Shown: one piece after another, positions 1-12,651 of the stretch | Numbering within the stretch: position 1 is the stretch's first letter | Layout of the letters: each line of letters begins with the position of its first letter | From: Paraglomus brasilianum | Lineage: Eukaryota | NCBI GenBank assembly: GCA_910592345.1 | Contig: CAJVPI010000225.1 | Span: 1-41,104, forward strand | Length of the DNA: 41,104 bases | Direction of reading: 5' to 3' | Notes under the pieces: generated by a model | What the model saw: only the letters and a program-made list of their open reading frames with translations | Told to the model about the DNA's origin: nothing | Databases searched by the model: none | Position numbers and translations under genes: made by a program

Positions 1-819
1 GGCATTATCATAAAGTTGTTCATTTAGAATCTGACGATATAAGTGGCGGTCAAGGTTTTCAGTAAAGACATATAGACTGACTTTTTCTTTAAAATTGATA
101 GCACTTCAAACATGGACTTTAAAAGAGTGTTTTACCATAGGTTGGGCGGGCTTTTTTTCACGAGACCATGCCAACATCGTATTGCGAAACATCTGGAGAG
201 TTGTTTCATCCGAAAAACCAACTTTCTTCCAGTTGTAACGTTCGTGATCACGTGCCCATAATAAGCGATTAGTCTCCGCTTGTTGTGTCAATAAAGGAAC
301 TTTTCTTGGAAGAATTGACATATAACCAAGGTGAGAAAGCTCACGACGGATAGTTCTATCACTAACATCAAAAGTTTGATACTTTTCTTCCAAGATAGCC
401 TTCATTTCAGTAGTCGTTGTATAATAGTTGCTTTTGATGCTGGTGTCGTTTTTCTGAAGTTAATTTTCTTGGGCAACCAGATTTATGAATTTCGCGAAGT
501 TTGCCACTTTTCTTTAATAAACTGACGTATCGTTGACATGTACGTAGTGGGATACCAGTTTTTCTTGAAATTTCTTTTGTAGTACGAATATTTTGCTGCC
601 AAAGTAAGTTAACAATGGAGCGGTTTGTTTTCACAGGGTTTGGAAACATTTTACAACGCAAAATAAACAAAAGATGATAATAATGTTTACTGTTTATTTA
701 TTTATCTTTTATTTTTGTAACCTGAATTATTCGATTTGCTAACAAAACTAGTCTATATTGGGCGATTGACAGTGCTACGCGTATTTAGACAACGCGCCAT
801 TGTTTTCGCCGGGGAACTG
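1..819 (-). mobile_element. Degenerate Tc1/mariner (IS630-Tc1-mariner) DNA transposon, runs off the left edge
   Basis: HTH-like ORF 407..670 (EISRKTGIPLRTCQRY...SGCPRKLT) and second HTH plus DDE start in 106..405 (VSDRTIRRELSHLG...WKKVGFSDET). Frameshift near 430; in-frame TGA at KVHV*, after which the frame continues (SAINFKEKVSLYVFTENLDRHLYRQILNEQLYDNA). Candidate end TA|CAGTTCCCCGG at 819 on the minus strand. Confidence 0.88.
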
Positions 820-1439
820 TAAGTCAGAAACCATAACCCAGCCACTATCAAATTGTTCCAGCAAAAAAGTTTATCACTATACATATTAAAATTTTTTCTA
901 AGATATTTAAATATATAGAGAGAAATGGGTAGGACTAATTCCAAGTATTTATTCATATCGGATTAAACCTAATGAAGAACAAAGCCTGTATTTAAATCGG
1001 TGGGTCGGACGTAGGTAACCTAGCCATGGCAAAGAAAATTTGTGTTGTACTTATAATTTTGGTAGAGAAGTGTATCATTGGTGGGTTTTCCACACAAAAT
1101 TTTTAAGACGCGTTTTATATCATACTGTAATTAAAACTTTGTCCTATAAAAATGATTTTCGATCAACATACCATCAAGATCATAAATATTCGGCAAAGTC
1201 TTTCAAGAACATCCCGTTGGATAAGGCAGTTATTTAATGCCCATATTTCTTGCTGAACAACTTGAAGCGGGAATAAAAAAAAACCAAGTTACATTCCGCA
1301 ACGGTCAAAAAAACACACACAATTCCTATGAACATGCTAACTCGATCGGAAAACCTAACTTGTTTTAAATTTGATCAATAAATTGAAAGGTAATTTTCGC
1401 GCATAACTTTTCACTCTGACGTTAAATTCCAGCAGTCAG

Positions 1440-2900
1440 AACATTTCCCGACATAACGCCTCAAGAAATAGTTATTCTTGAAAAATCCGTCAGACATACA
1501 AACTTCAAGTAGCTAAGGCTTTTGAAAGAAACTAGCTACCCTCTTAACAATACATGTTAACACGTGCTCTTGAAAAGTACACAGCGCTTTTTTTCAATTT
1601 TCATAAAAAAAGAAGAAAACTATAAGAAATAGGCTTCTATAGTAGTGGCGGGAAATAATAAGAATTTTGAATTTTTTATCTCAGTGCATTTATTTTACAT
1701 AAATTACAAAAATAAAAATTTAGTAATCAACCTCGAATAAGACTTATCGCTATTATCCCATACCGATTAAACAATCATAAAAAGTCACTAATCCAATTAA
1801 TTTATTTTTTGCAGAATACGTTGGTTTACCCTTTTTTCTACTCTTTTCTTCATTATTATCCGTAAGCTTTTTATAGGGTTTGGGTGAGGTAAATAAGAGG
1901 GTTAATCAAAAATTCCCTTTAAGTAGCTTCTCTGTCAACTTGGCTGTGTGCTTTCGATCTTTATCTTGTTGAAATTCATAATTTTCTATCAAGTTGATGT
2001 TAAAACTTCCCCAATAAAACAACAGCTTTCTGTGGAAAAAAAAAGGGCATCATTTCGCAATAATTTTTTTTTTGGGCTTTCCTGAACATAATTTGGTTCA
2101 ATGAAAAAGTTGATTCTGAAAGTTTTTATACAAAGCGGATGTGTTATGAAGCTTAAATAGACCATGAATTCCATATTTTTTTCCCCCCCCCCACAAATTC
2201 TCGATATGTAAGTCAATTAGACATTTTTAATAGCAAAACTTATGAAAGAAAACAAAGGATGCCGCGCTGTTAGTTCAAATTTATTTTTATTTATACATTT
2301 GTTATCTGATGTAACATTCTATATATAAATTTTTCATAGTAAACATAACAGAGAGCGTTTAGCTAAAGTAATTTCTCATTATTTCCCGTCACTACTACTA
2401 CTGTTCGCGCTTCTGTCAAGGTAAGCGGAAAATTGGCTGTATAATTTATTTTTCAGTAGTCAAGTGCGTGTGGAGAGTTCATTGGAAAACACACTTTATC
2501 GTATTCACGATTAGACAAACTATTACTATCGGCAATCCGGAAGTCAAGACAATTGCTAACCAAAATTCGATATATTCAAACCAGCTATTACTATGGCTTT
2601 TCGGTGGTGGCCTTAACTAAAGCCTCACGCACTTGATCGATTGGACAATAAAACAACAGAGTTACCTTCTCGTTTCTCATGACAAAAACACAAGAATTGC
2701 ATTTGTATAGTTCTCTTCTTTTTTCATATCAAACTCGAAAAGCGCTCTGTTAGCCTATAATGCAGGTGTTGAAGCATGCATCGCCATAGCCTTTAAAAGC
2801 GTGGCTTTCGTGGTGGAATCAACGAAGTGTTCGAAACTGACTTTTTTCAAAAGCCTTAGCGATTTGAAGTTTGTAAGGTATTGCTATTCGGCAAAATGTA
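1440..2900. repeat. Long degenerate inverted-repeat (foldback/MULE-like) element with arms ~1440-1630 and ~2700-2900
   Basis: TACAAACTTCAAGTAGCTAAGGCTTTTGAA (~1497-1526) is the near reverse complement of ~2846-2875. AAAAAAGAAGAAAACTATA (~1605-1624) matches the reverse complement of ~2706-2724. CAGCGCTTTT (~1582) pairs with AAAAGCGCT (~2738). Confidence 0.65.
1640..2397. mobile_element. Nested non-autonomous TIR element (~760 bp)
   Basis: Left TAGTAGTGGCGGGAAATAATAAGAA versus right reverse complement TAGTAGTGACGGGAAATAATGAGAA; both ends flanked by CTA (possible 3-bp target-site duplication). Confidence 0.65.
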
Positions 2901-3429
2901 AAAAATTTACGCTGAACTGTGCATTCATTACTTAAACATAGCTATTATATAGTAAATAAATAATAAACGTAAGATCTTAATTAAATACATTATTTACAAT
3001 ACGTTCGAAGATGTTAAAAAAACCTCCGCATTCCCGATAAACTGTAAAATGAATCCACCTAGAATTAGTTAAAAGATTTAAAGAATGAAAATAAGTGTGT
3101 ATCGTTTGACCAAAATATGCTTATTTTGTCACACTGTTTAAGTATGGGATAATTTATCACATTTATTCATCCATTTATCAAAGCATTTTATCATTAAAGT
3201 GTCATTCAGATTTACAGTATATAGTATAACCGAGTTATAGTTTTTTTTTATAATTAAACGTAAAAATTACATACTTTGTGTATTAAAGCAGTTCGTTATG
3301 ATCCAGCAGCATAATCTGTTGGCCCACTTTATAGTGTTTATCTTTCTCAGCAATTATTTCAACTTGGCTCTTTTCTTGGAACACAAGGACAACATCAGAA
3401 AATAGCCTAACTCGTCACCTTTCTTTCCC

Positions 3430-3964
3430 TCAGCTCCTCTGCGAGTGGTGAATTGCACGGAGGACACTTGACTCATACCAACTGGTAAAAAAGTCACTTT
3501 TCCGACTTTTGGTGAATCGATTACAATCAGACCACGAGCCTGGCCCCGGATTGTCCAGACCCTCGAGTTCTATTTCTCGAGCAGGGCCAAGTCTCTGTGT
3601 GCCATCGGAACAACAACTTGGTAATAAGCCTGGCCGGGAATTCAAGCACTTTGTCACCAACAGGAGCTGAAAACGATGATAGTCGGATGGTGAGAGAAAT
3701 GAATGCATAAATTTCCCATTGGCAAAGTCGTTCTCATATCGGCTGTTTGCAGTAACCCAAGTAAGGCCTTTTATATTGAAAGCGACAGTCGAATTTGGGT
3801 GTGATATCCCAAGAGCCATCAAAAGCTGAGTCTGCAGGGCTCACAATAACTACTGGATTAGAAGGGCCATCAATGGGTCGGGTTCCCGGCAAACGGCGTC
3901 GCGTAAAGAATTCATTGAAAGAATGCCCTAGCCAGCCTCCTTTGGGAGTCTCATAGGAATCCAT
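3430..3964 (-). pseudogene. Degraded intronless ORF of unknown family (two overlapping frames)
   Basis: ATG at 3964 (MDSYETPKGGWLGHSFNEFF...) shifts near 3825 into a second protein-like frame (LMALGISHPNSTVAFNIKGLTWVTANSRYENDF...). GC is visibly higher than the flanks. Confidence 0.35.
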
Positions 3965-5358
3965 ATTTATATTTTAGTTTTTCGCTTTACAAAAAGTCTG
4001 CAGAGACTCCTTGGTAAGTGAGTGAGGTGTAGAGAGAAAGTCTCCTATAGCCGTGGCATAATCGGCTATCCTGTGCGAATAGCTTATTAATGATAGACGT
4101 ATTCTAATTTTTATACACGAACATATTTCATCAGAACCCGATTTGACTTGAGCTTTATAATCATTCTGCAGATTAACGTCTTATCGTTTAAATACAGCTC
4201 AATGTTAACAAAAGAGTTGAGCTTCCCTTGTGGAAAATTAGCATTCGTAATTGATGACGATGATTCAAGCAAAATATTTGTAGCTCAACATACAAAACAT
4301 TAAATCACTAGGAAACAGTTATGCTTGTAAAGACCGCCGTGGCAATGTATGATTTATCAATTATAAAATAACACACGTGAGTTAGATAAACAATACAAGT
4401 CACGATTTCATTATTCATATACGTACAATGAATATAATCTGGTGAATTATAAAAGTAACGAGCGTTAGTTAACCACTGATAAAAGTTTGAACAATAAACA
4501 ACATGATTGGTATGGTAGAGTTTATAACCGGAATAAAATATAGTCTGGTTAAAATTATATTCGGTAAACGACATAATTATAGCGCTAAATAATTTACTTG
4601 CATTCTTGTCACTATTGAGCTATTGCTGCCAACTACTCAAGTATATACAGCAATGAGAATGGAAATAATGAAAGACAATGAACCATTATATTATTTTATT
4701 GTTACGACGTGTTTGCGCACTTTAAAAGCTACCGTTGAATTGGATAATTCTCTTAAGGTGGCAAAGAACAGGAGCTTTATTTTATCGACCCAGGTGGCAG
4801 TTTAAACCACGCCGATCGAGCAGTAATCGTCTTCTTTTTATTCACCACGTTGCGTGTCTACCAGCTAAAAATTCTAAGGGCTCAAGAATTGTTACTCTGC
4901 AAGTTTTCATCCACAATACCACGATTAGAACAAAAATGAATTACTCATCAAATGGTAGGTTGTAATGTTTTTATTTGTAGCAAAATTGTAAGAATAATTA
5001 TGGTAACAAATCTCTTCCATGATGTAAAAAATATGGTAGGTTAAAGAGAAATAGAAATAGATGCTTTTTTGTAGTTGTTTAAAAGCTAAATTAAAATGGT
5101 ATGGAGCTTGCATTGTTGCTTACCGAAAACTAAATTGTTAGAGTTTGTTGGGTAACTGGTAACTGGATAAAGGCCACTTTTAACAAACTTCCGCAGCAGA
5201 GACTCAACTAAGTTCCAAACATATGAATTACAAGATATATTTTATCATTTTTTTGTTACACACTGTAATACATACGAACAAATTGTACGACTTTATTATT
5301 CTCTCTCATGGTTCTGTTCTGTTTAGTTGACTATTCAGTTAGCAACAGCAGGGCTCCC

Positions 5359-7026
5359 CTATTCGCTTTGGTGCTTCTCTGGCGACTTCGCATTCTGAGA
5401 AGCGCTAGGACTGAAACCGGAGAAGGCACCGCGCTGGTACAGCAACGCCAAAAGTATAATGTTGATCGTAATCATGATCATATTCGTCTTCTCTGACAGA
5501 GAAAAGCCATGCTCGGCAGCGACGGTTGCAGCCTGCGTGCGGCGCGCCGCGCGCTTCGCTCTCGAGGACTTGTCGAAGATGCCCTGACAGCGAGTGATAC
5601 CGAGGTGTTGAATTAAGAATTCGTTGACAAACTGGCACTGTGGATCCATAGACTGTTGGAGCTGCAAAAAATTCGATAGGTTGGGGTAGGTGAAGTTGGC
5701 GTAGTCGGCGCCGAACCAGGACATTTTGCCCCAGTGAGGGCGCACATTATAGAGGAGACCAAATTGAGGAATGAACTTCTGAGCGAGGGACTGGTAGAAC
5801 CAAAGTTGTTGTAAGTCATGTACCAGTCTATTTCGATTACAGCGAAGATGCCGCTAAGATTCTGCCCGAGATTGTAGGTGTTGACAGGCGACATCCACGC
5901 ATCATCGCCCTTCACAAAGCGCAATTCGTAGATCATATTCATGTTGTTGTAGGCCCCCATACTCGGTGCCTCGGCGAGTTGGAAATTAGTGTAATCTACT
6001 GCCGCCGCCACAAAATTTTCCACCGGGAGGAAGTGTTCGATCTCAGCATAGAAGAAGCGATTGCATACACCGCCGGGAGGCGTAGAGACGGCATCCGAGG
6101 CCTCATCGTAGCAAAAGTAGTCGCGCAAGCACTGACCGCAACCGTTGGCACAGTAATTTGTCGAACAATTATACACCCCAGTAACACTAGTGGGCTCCCA
6201 GTAAGTAACACTCATCTGCGAATCGATGGTCCAGTTTGAAGCCACGGGATCCCAGATCATGTGAGGACCCCGCACCATCATGCGATCGTACTGCTGATAG
6301 AGACCGTAGATATCTGAATACATCTGAGTGAGATTCGAGCTTCCTGTAAACACTTGCGTGGTGCGCTTCAGGTAGTTCAGCGGCTCCGCTTGGATAGTAA
6401 CCTCTGTAATCAGACCGAGGGCGCCAAGGGAGATTCTGAAGGCCGGCAGTAAATGCGAGTTGTGGGTTTGATTGACAATGGTGATGTTGCCAGTTGCATC
6501 CATCACGCGGAAGCCGACCACCTGAGTCGCGAGATTGCCCAAACTTTGTCCAGTGCCATGCGTACCGGTGGTGAATGCGCCGATGTAGTTCTGCACCCTT
6601 TCAGTGCCGAGATTTATGACAGACAAGCCCTTCGCGCGAAGCGTGGGCACGAGGTCGATCAGATCCCAGCCAGCACCAAAAGTCACCGTGTTATCTGGGT
6701 TGATCGTCATATAGTTAAGGTTGGTAAGACTGATAATGTAGGAGTCACGATTCGTAATGCTGACGTCTACGCAAGTGGTCATGTTGCCAAAAGCATGGCC
6801 ATTGCCCACGACCTTGAGCATGGACTGAAGCGGAAACTGCTCCTGGACGAATGCCGCGAGCTCTGCCTCGTCCTCCGGCACGAAGAAGCTCGTGGATTCG
6901 CAAGTGAGATCAAATTGCCAGTTGTACCAGCGATGTACCGAGACGATTGTTACATTCAGAAGCAAGCAGCAGGAGAAATGCACTCCATACAGGCGATTGT
7001 GCGCCTCGAAACGCTCCTACAGACAT
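5359..7026 (-). pseudogene. FAD-linked sugar-lactone oxidase (ALO/L-gulonolactone oxidase family), apparently secreted, with two frameshifts
   Basis: FAD_binding_4 motifs KVVGNGHAFG (covalent-His position), GAFTTGTHGTG and ISLGALGLITEVT; ALO C-terminal ELRFVKGDDAWMSP and RPHWGK...MDP...F. Frameshift near 5800 (YNNF/WFYQSLAQKF) and near 6960 (signal-like MSVGAFRGAQSPVWSAFLLLLAS from ATG 7026 is out of frame with LLNVTIVSVHRWYNWQ). Confidence 0.88.
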
Positions 7027-7230
7027 GACTGTGTACTTGTGCATACTATTGACGCTAAAATTTCTACATGCTTTGCTCTTCGAATACTTAAAGGTTCCGC
7101 TTACAGGCAGGAGTGAGCTGATTATTATTATCAGGAATTTAACTTGCCATGTTGTACAACCCGACACGTCGTACAGCCCATAACAATAATATTTTCTATT
7201 TATGGTGGATGACGCAATTTTCACAAAACG

Positions 7231-7624
7231 ATAACGGGAATGGCTTTAGGAGGTAATACTAGTAACATTTCGCAGAATCACGACATAAAACACTTTGTTG
7301 GAGTTGTTAAAACTTCGCATGACGGGATTGGCTTGAAGAGGTAATAGTAATGTTTCGCTGACTTTCCAACTCATACGACCCCAAACACTGAATGGAAATT
7401 CCCAAAATTTGTGCAGGCTTTGGCTTTCGTGTTAAGCTCTTTACATAACGGGAAGGGCTTTAGGAAGTAATAGTAACATTCCGCTGATTTTCAGAATCAT
7501 ACGACCTGAAACACCAAGCATTTCCCAAAACTTGTACAGGCTTTGTCTTTTGTGTTAGTTCTTCTTTGCATAAAGGGAATGGCTTTAGGATGTCATAGTA
7601 ACGTTTCGCTGATTTTTAGAATCA
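7231..7624. repeat. Degenerate tandem repeat, ~4 units of ~90-127 bp
   Basis: Core ATAACGGGAATGGCTTTAGGAGGTAATAGTAACATTTCGC recurs at ~7231, 7319, 7446 and 7570. Confidence 0.85.
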
Positions 7625-8729
7625 ATTAGCCAATAAGATTGGGAAATGATGTGGGTCACAGATTAAAGTTTCACCACATAGATGGTGAGGGCGTTCATAA
7701 AATTGTTGCAGATGCTCACGAGGGACAAGCAAAAGGTGACTTGAAATATTTGCATTGTATTGCGCAAAAACACCATTTATCTGTATTAATCTTTACGTCT
7801 GTCATGTAGGATTAGGGGTACACCTTTAGCGTTCAATCGTAGGTGTAGACAATAAAAGAACGCAAAACTTTATGCAGATTAGGTCTTTATTTACATAAAA
7901 TAGATCCTAGTCCACCACCGAATATCTTGAACACATATCAAATTTGTATAGTTGCATTATAATCGGTTGGTGATAACCACTTTGTCTCGTTCGCTAACAT
8001 TATCAGCCAATACATATGCATCTATTTTATTGATTTCTAATAATGTTACAGGAATATTAGGAATAAAAAATTCCTGAAGAAGTAAATCGAGTCGAGTGAA
8101 ATTCCTGAAGTAATCAGTAAGCTACTTATTAGATTTGATAAGTATGACATTTAGTGTTTTTTTTTTTATTCAACTCAAAAGTTTATTTACTATTACTATC
8201 AAGATTGGGTTCGTGACAAGCGCGATCCATGGATGTTGGCTAGTATTTCACCTGTTTATTCCAGAATGTCTCGAGAGGCTTGGAATTTACCACCACACAA
8301 CACCAATGCCAGTGAGAGTGAGAGTGCTAATATAACTTGGATGGAAAATCCCTCTCTCTGCTTTCAGCTATCCTAAGTTGACATTTCTCAAATTCAGAGG
8401 AAGCCCCTTCTAACCCGGTTTTCTATTTCCTCTAGAGGACGTGATTTTGATTACCACCAATGAAACTGCCTGTGGTTATAATGGATAGTACGTATTTTAA
8501 AATACGAATTGAATAAAGTTTCGCGTTTGAAACCTTGAAGTTGGGGAAGACCGAGGAGTAGTAATTATTTTTGATGAAATTGAGAAGGCTGAGTTTTAGT
8601 TATTAGACTTGGGTGGAATATGCTCTATCGCTATTATAACACACTAATTGCAGTACCCCACATTGATGACAAAAGTTTACCAGCTATATAAGCCACTTCT
8701 CTTTCTCAGTGCACAGAATTTTTATAATA

Positions 8730-8915
8730 CACAGTGGCTCTCGATATAATGATCCCTCGATAATATGATGTTCGCTAATATGATGCTTTTTCCTGGGCCC
8801 AAATCAGTTATAACAATGGCTTTCGTTATAACGAGAACGCTCGATATAATGAACGCTCGATAATATGATCCTTTTGATCCGGCCTGACGACATCATCTTA
8901 TCGAGAGCCACTGTG
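8730..8915. mobile_element. Tc1/mariner-pogo-type MITE
   Basis: Perfect 22-bp inverted match TAATACACAGTGGCTCTCGATA (8725-8746 / 8899-8920) including TA flanks; internal CTCGATA(A)TATGAT subrepeats. Confidence 0.88.
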
Positions 8916-9940
8916 TATTATTTTGCAAATAGAAAGATATAACGGATAGTAGTAGATAAATTACCTGTTCTTCGTGGTTGTTGGTACTGTCCAAGAGCTG
9001 GTACGTAGTACAGAATTTGAAAGGTACAGTACAGAATTTAGGGGATACGTATCTGAAAATCGAGAAACATAACTTGTTAAAGCCAACAGAATTTGTCACG
9101 TGGATTTATTACCCACTTAGCATGATATAGTCGGGGAGAACGCGAATCGATCATTACTTCACTTACAACCCAACCCAGTTCGAGTTGAAAAGTAAAATGG
9201 TGTGGTTTTATTATTTTTGGAATGAAATCAATCGAGGAAGCGGCCGAATAATATGTTTTTGATAAAGAGACATAATTCGGGCTTTGCGATTAAATATCAT
9301 ACCCTGAACTTCTTTCTATCTTATCATATGACGTCACTGTCGGAAAACCCTCGAGTCATCACTGCTTTCTTTTATTGAATTTTAAGAGATCAATACCAGA
9401 TACCCTGCAAAAAAACAGTTGCCATGTCCAGAAGTACAAAACAGGAAATTTTTCAAAATTATCCGATTATGTCATTCAAGGATGCAAGATAACTTTTTCC
9501 TCCTTGTTTTCATCCTTATACTCATGAAGGGAAAACGTAATAGATAATAATATTAATAAGCCATGCTAATACACACAGACACATGTACGCATGGATGGAT
9601 GGATGGATGGGAAATAATTCACATTTCAGTTAATTCGTTGCCTGTGATGGCAAACGTCATTCATTCCGAGTGACTCGGTGAGAAAGTGGGTTTTTGCGTC
9701 TAAAAATAAATTATTGTTTACAAAACAATTACTTTAATGCCTGTAAATATGTTTACAATCTTTTTGTTGTTAGGGTCCATTTTTCGACTCCGTTTCCTCT
9801 TCCAAAACCGTTGACATTTGTCTAACCTATTTTGGCAGATAGAGAAATGGTTCGTTGCATGGAGAGATCGGTCGATGAAAAACATGTTGTACTACAACGA
9901 ATTGGCTGAGCTACTTTAAGTGTGGAGGATTGGAGTGGGG

Positions 9941-10023
9941 GAAAGAGAAAGAGAGAGGAAGAGGAAGGAAGAGGAGAGAGGGAGGGAGGGAGGGAGAGAG
10001 GGAGGGAGAGATGGAGAGGGAGG
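9941..10023. repeat. Polypurine GA/GGGA tract
   Basis: About 80 bp almost purely G/A on the + strand. Confidence 0.9.
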
Positions 10024-11115
10024 TCGAGTAGATTGAAAAAAGTGTCAAGTTTAATATTAATGAATAGCAGATGAGAAATAATGCAGTATGTTGTGTACGC
10101 AGGGAGTGGAACAGCAGTAGATTAAAATTTTTTTTTATGTTTATGACAGACAGTAATTGTGCATACCCATTATGTCGTATTCGCCGAGTAACTAACCCGT
10201 AATAGATGGTTATTTGACGATTGTATTAATTTGCTTCTGCATTTGTCTCTTTCGGCAAATTCATACATGAATAATATTCCGATAATGGTCTAACCCCTCT
10301 CATTCTTTCTCTGTCTCCCCATCGCTCATTCTCTTTCGGGTTGCTACCCGGTCTGTCGGTAAAGAAAGGGGGTGATGTAAAAGAGGGTGGGAGTTTAATT
10401 ATAGAACGGATGTATTAAATTTAATATTACAATGATATAATTACTTTTGTTTATGTTATTTTTAATTTTAAAAAAAAATTTTTTTCTCCGCTATTTAGTC
10501 AATCATATATAGTTGTTTGTATTTACATATTTACATCCAAGCCTCTTTCTGTGTCAGCTGTTTGTCATTCCTGTTTTAGTGTTCGTTTCAATTAATAACA
10601 GGTTACAGTTTATTGTTGCCCATTGTGTAAATAATTATTAACTGTTATCTGTCATATCTTGTATAGTATACTCGCTATTGTCAATTACAACAAATGAAAT
10701 TAATATATACGGTACGTACACATAGAAGCACATGCATATACGCACACACTGTCTTGCATTTCTCTCCGCGTTCTCATCTTATTGTCCTTTGTACATCTTT
10801 TTCGAGCATTATGCAGATTACAATCACAAGAACGAAATGTTAAAGGAAATTGAGAAATTATGGATTGGCAATTGCCTTAAAAGAAGTGACCTTCATAGAA
10901 GAGCCTTAGTTGCACACCCAGATAACTATTTGTCCTGTCCAGTCGTTTTAATTATCCTTCCCCCCTCCCCCCTCCCCCCTCCCACTTATTATCAAAGCCA
11001 AAACAATATGCACAGATTCCTATTTGTTTGACGTGTACAATGTCCCGCATGCATCTCGCCTATATATGGGTCAGATTGTATCGGGCCTTCATATCCGTCG
11101 TTGATTCCCAAGTAA

Positions 11116-11219
11116 GATTGCGAGTGAGGATTGCAAGTGAGGATTGCAAGTGAGGATTGCAAGTGAGGATTGCAAGTGAGGATTGCGAGTGAGGATTGCG
11201 AGTGAGTATTGCAAGTGGG
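11116..11219. repeat. 13-bp minisatellite (GATTGCRAGTGAG) x8
   Basis: Direct reading of eight tandem units. Confidence 0.95.
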
Positions 11220-12407
11220 GGTTGAACAATACGTATTATGTAATTGTGGCTGATGATGGAATTCTCAAGACAGGGAGTGAGGCATATATAAACATTGAGT
11301 ATTGATGAGATGTTGGATTGTGTGCTTGCGCCTAATAGAAATTTCTATTAACATTACTGTTACACATCTGAGCTGATCATGGTTAGTAAGCAACACTATG
11401 CTGTATTAGTTATAGTGTAAAATGCAATGCGTTATATCAAGATCATGGGATGGCATCATTAAGGCAGTTAACAAGAACATCTTACTCATCATCATCATCA
11501 TCATCGCCATTCTCTCACGGCATGAGTGTGTGTATGTATAAAGCATTCCCAAAATTGTTTTCGCTTTGGTGACAGGATTCGTTTTACATGTTTTCGGACT
11601 CTATTTTCCATCATCTATATGGATTGGTTTTCATCGCTATCTTTAAACCACTTTGCAATTGGCTGCCATCATCATTGTATAGATCATTCCAAACAGGGAA
11701 TAAGCGTAATATAACAATTATTAATAAGGTACTAAAAAGTAATTGATGATAAAAGTCGTCATTTTTACGTACAGGTTAATATATCAATCATTTCTTAAAT
11801 TGTAAAACAGCTAAAAAACGACCCTTAAATTGTAACAGTTGGGAATAAACTACGTCTTCCTTAGCGTTAAATGGTTGGAGCAATAACAGATGTGCAGTAC
11901 GAATGTAAGTATGTATATGTAATCTGTGTATGTGAATGTATATCTATATCTATGTATATGTGAATGTATATCTATATATGTGTATATGTGTGAATATGTA
12001 ACATGCTTGTTTGATAAATGAAGTAGATACTGACACACATCGATAAACATCACAGGATAGTAACAAAATAGGCTTCCCTATTGTCAAAATTAATATGAAG
12101 AACCGGTTTTTTAGATTTGAATTAATTTAATGCTTAATTCAAACACACTTGATTATATAAACCAATTGTCAAAAACGGGACGAATAGTGAGTGGGTTGCC
12201 AAAAATACCGATTAACCTGCATTTGTCGATTGATTCCTCCTTTTGGATCCAAACGAATAAGCAACTTGCATCAACCGTAAACACAGAGCATTCGCTGGAT
12301 ATAAATGGAATCAGTAATGGGGAATAAAAAAAAAACAGGATGGGAAAAGTGCCATGGTGTGACATTTGTATAGTAGATAAGAGAGTGGGTGCGTAAGTGA
12401 GTTAGTT

Positions 12408-12436
12408 GGTTAGGGTTAGGGTTAGGGTTAGGGTTA
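12408..12436 (+). repeat. Interstitial telomere-type repeat (TTAGGG)x4 plus partial units
   Basis: GGTTAGGGTTAGGGTTAGGGTTAGGGTTA. Confidence 0.92.
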
Positions 12437-12444
12437 ATGGGTGG

Positions 12445-12651
12445 GTGAGTTGGTCAGTGAGTTGGTCAGTGAGTTGAGATGGTGAGTGTGATAGTGAGGT
12501 TGGCGAGTGAGATGGTTGGTGAGATGGTTGGTGAGATGGTTGGTGGGATGGTTGGTGGGATGGTTGGTGGGATTGTTGGTGAGATGGTTGGTGAGATGGT
12601 TGGTGAGATGGTTAGTGGGATTGTTGGTGAGATGGTTAGTGAGATGGTTGG
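12445..12651. repeat. 12-bp G/T-rich minisatellite (GTGRGATGGTTG)n
   Basis: About 12 regular units from 12507, preceded by related GTGAGTTGGTCA units; produces the spurious MVGE/WLVR ORFs. Confidence 0.92.

Noticed and set aside
104..108. TGA=Trp or selenocysteine recoding in the Tc1 (and in the kinase pseudogene near 24899)
   Set aside because: Both sequences use TGG elsewhere and carry frameshifts, so TGG-to-TGA decay explains them.
5979..7028. Plus-strand ORFs of 86 and 191 aa
   Set aside because: Antisense shadows of the GC-rich oxidase gene.
7231..7624. CRISPR-like array
   Set aside because: Inter-core segments are homologous to each other, repeats are degenerate, there are no cas genes and the context is eukaryotic.
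12408..12436. Telomerase RNA template or chromosome end
   Set aside because: More than four repeats exceeds a typical ~1.5-repeat template, and genes continue on both sides.
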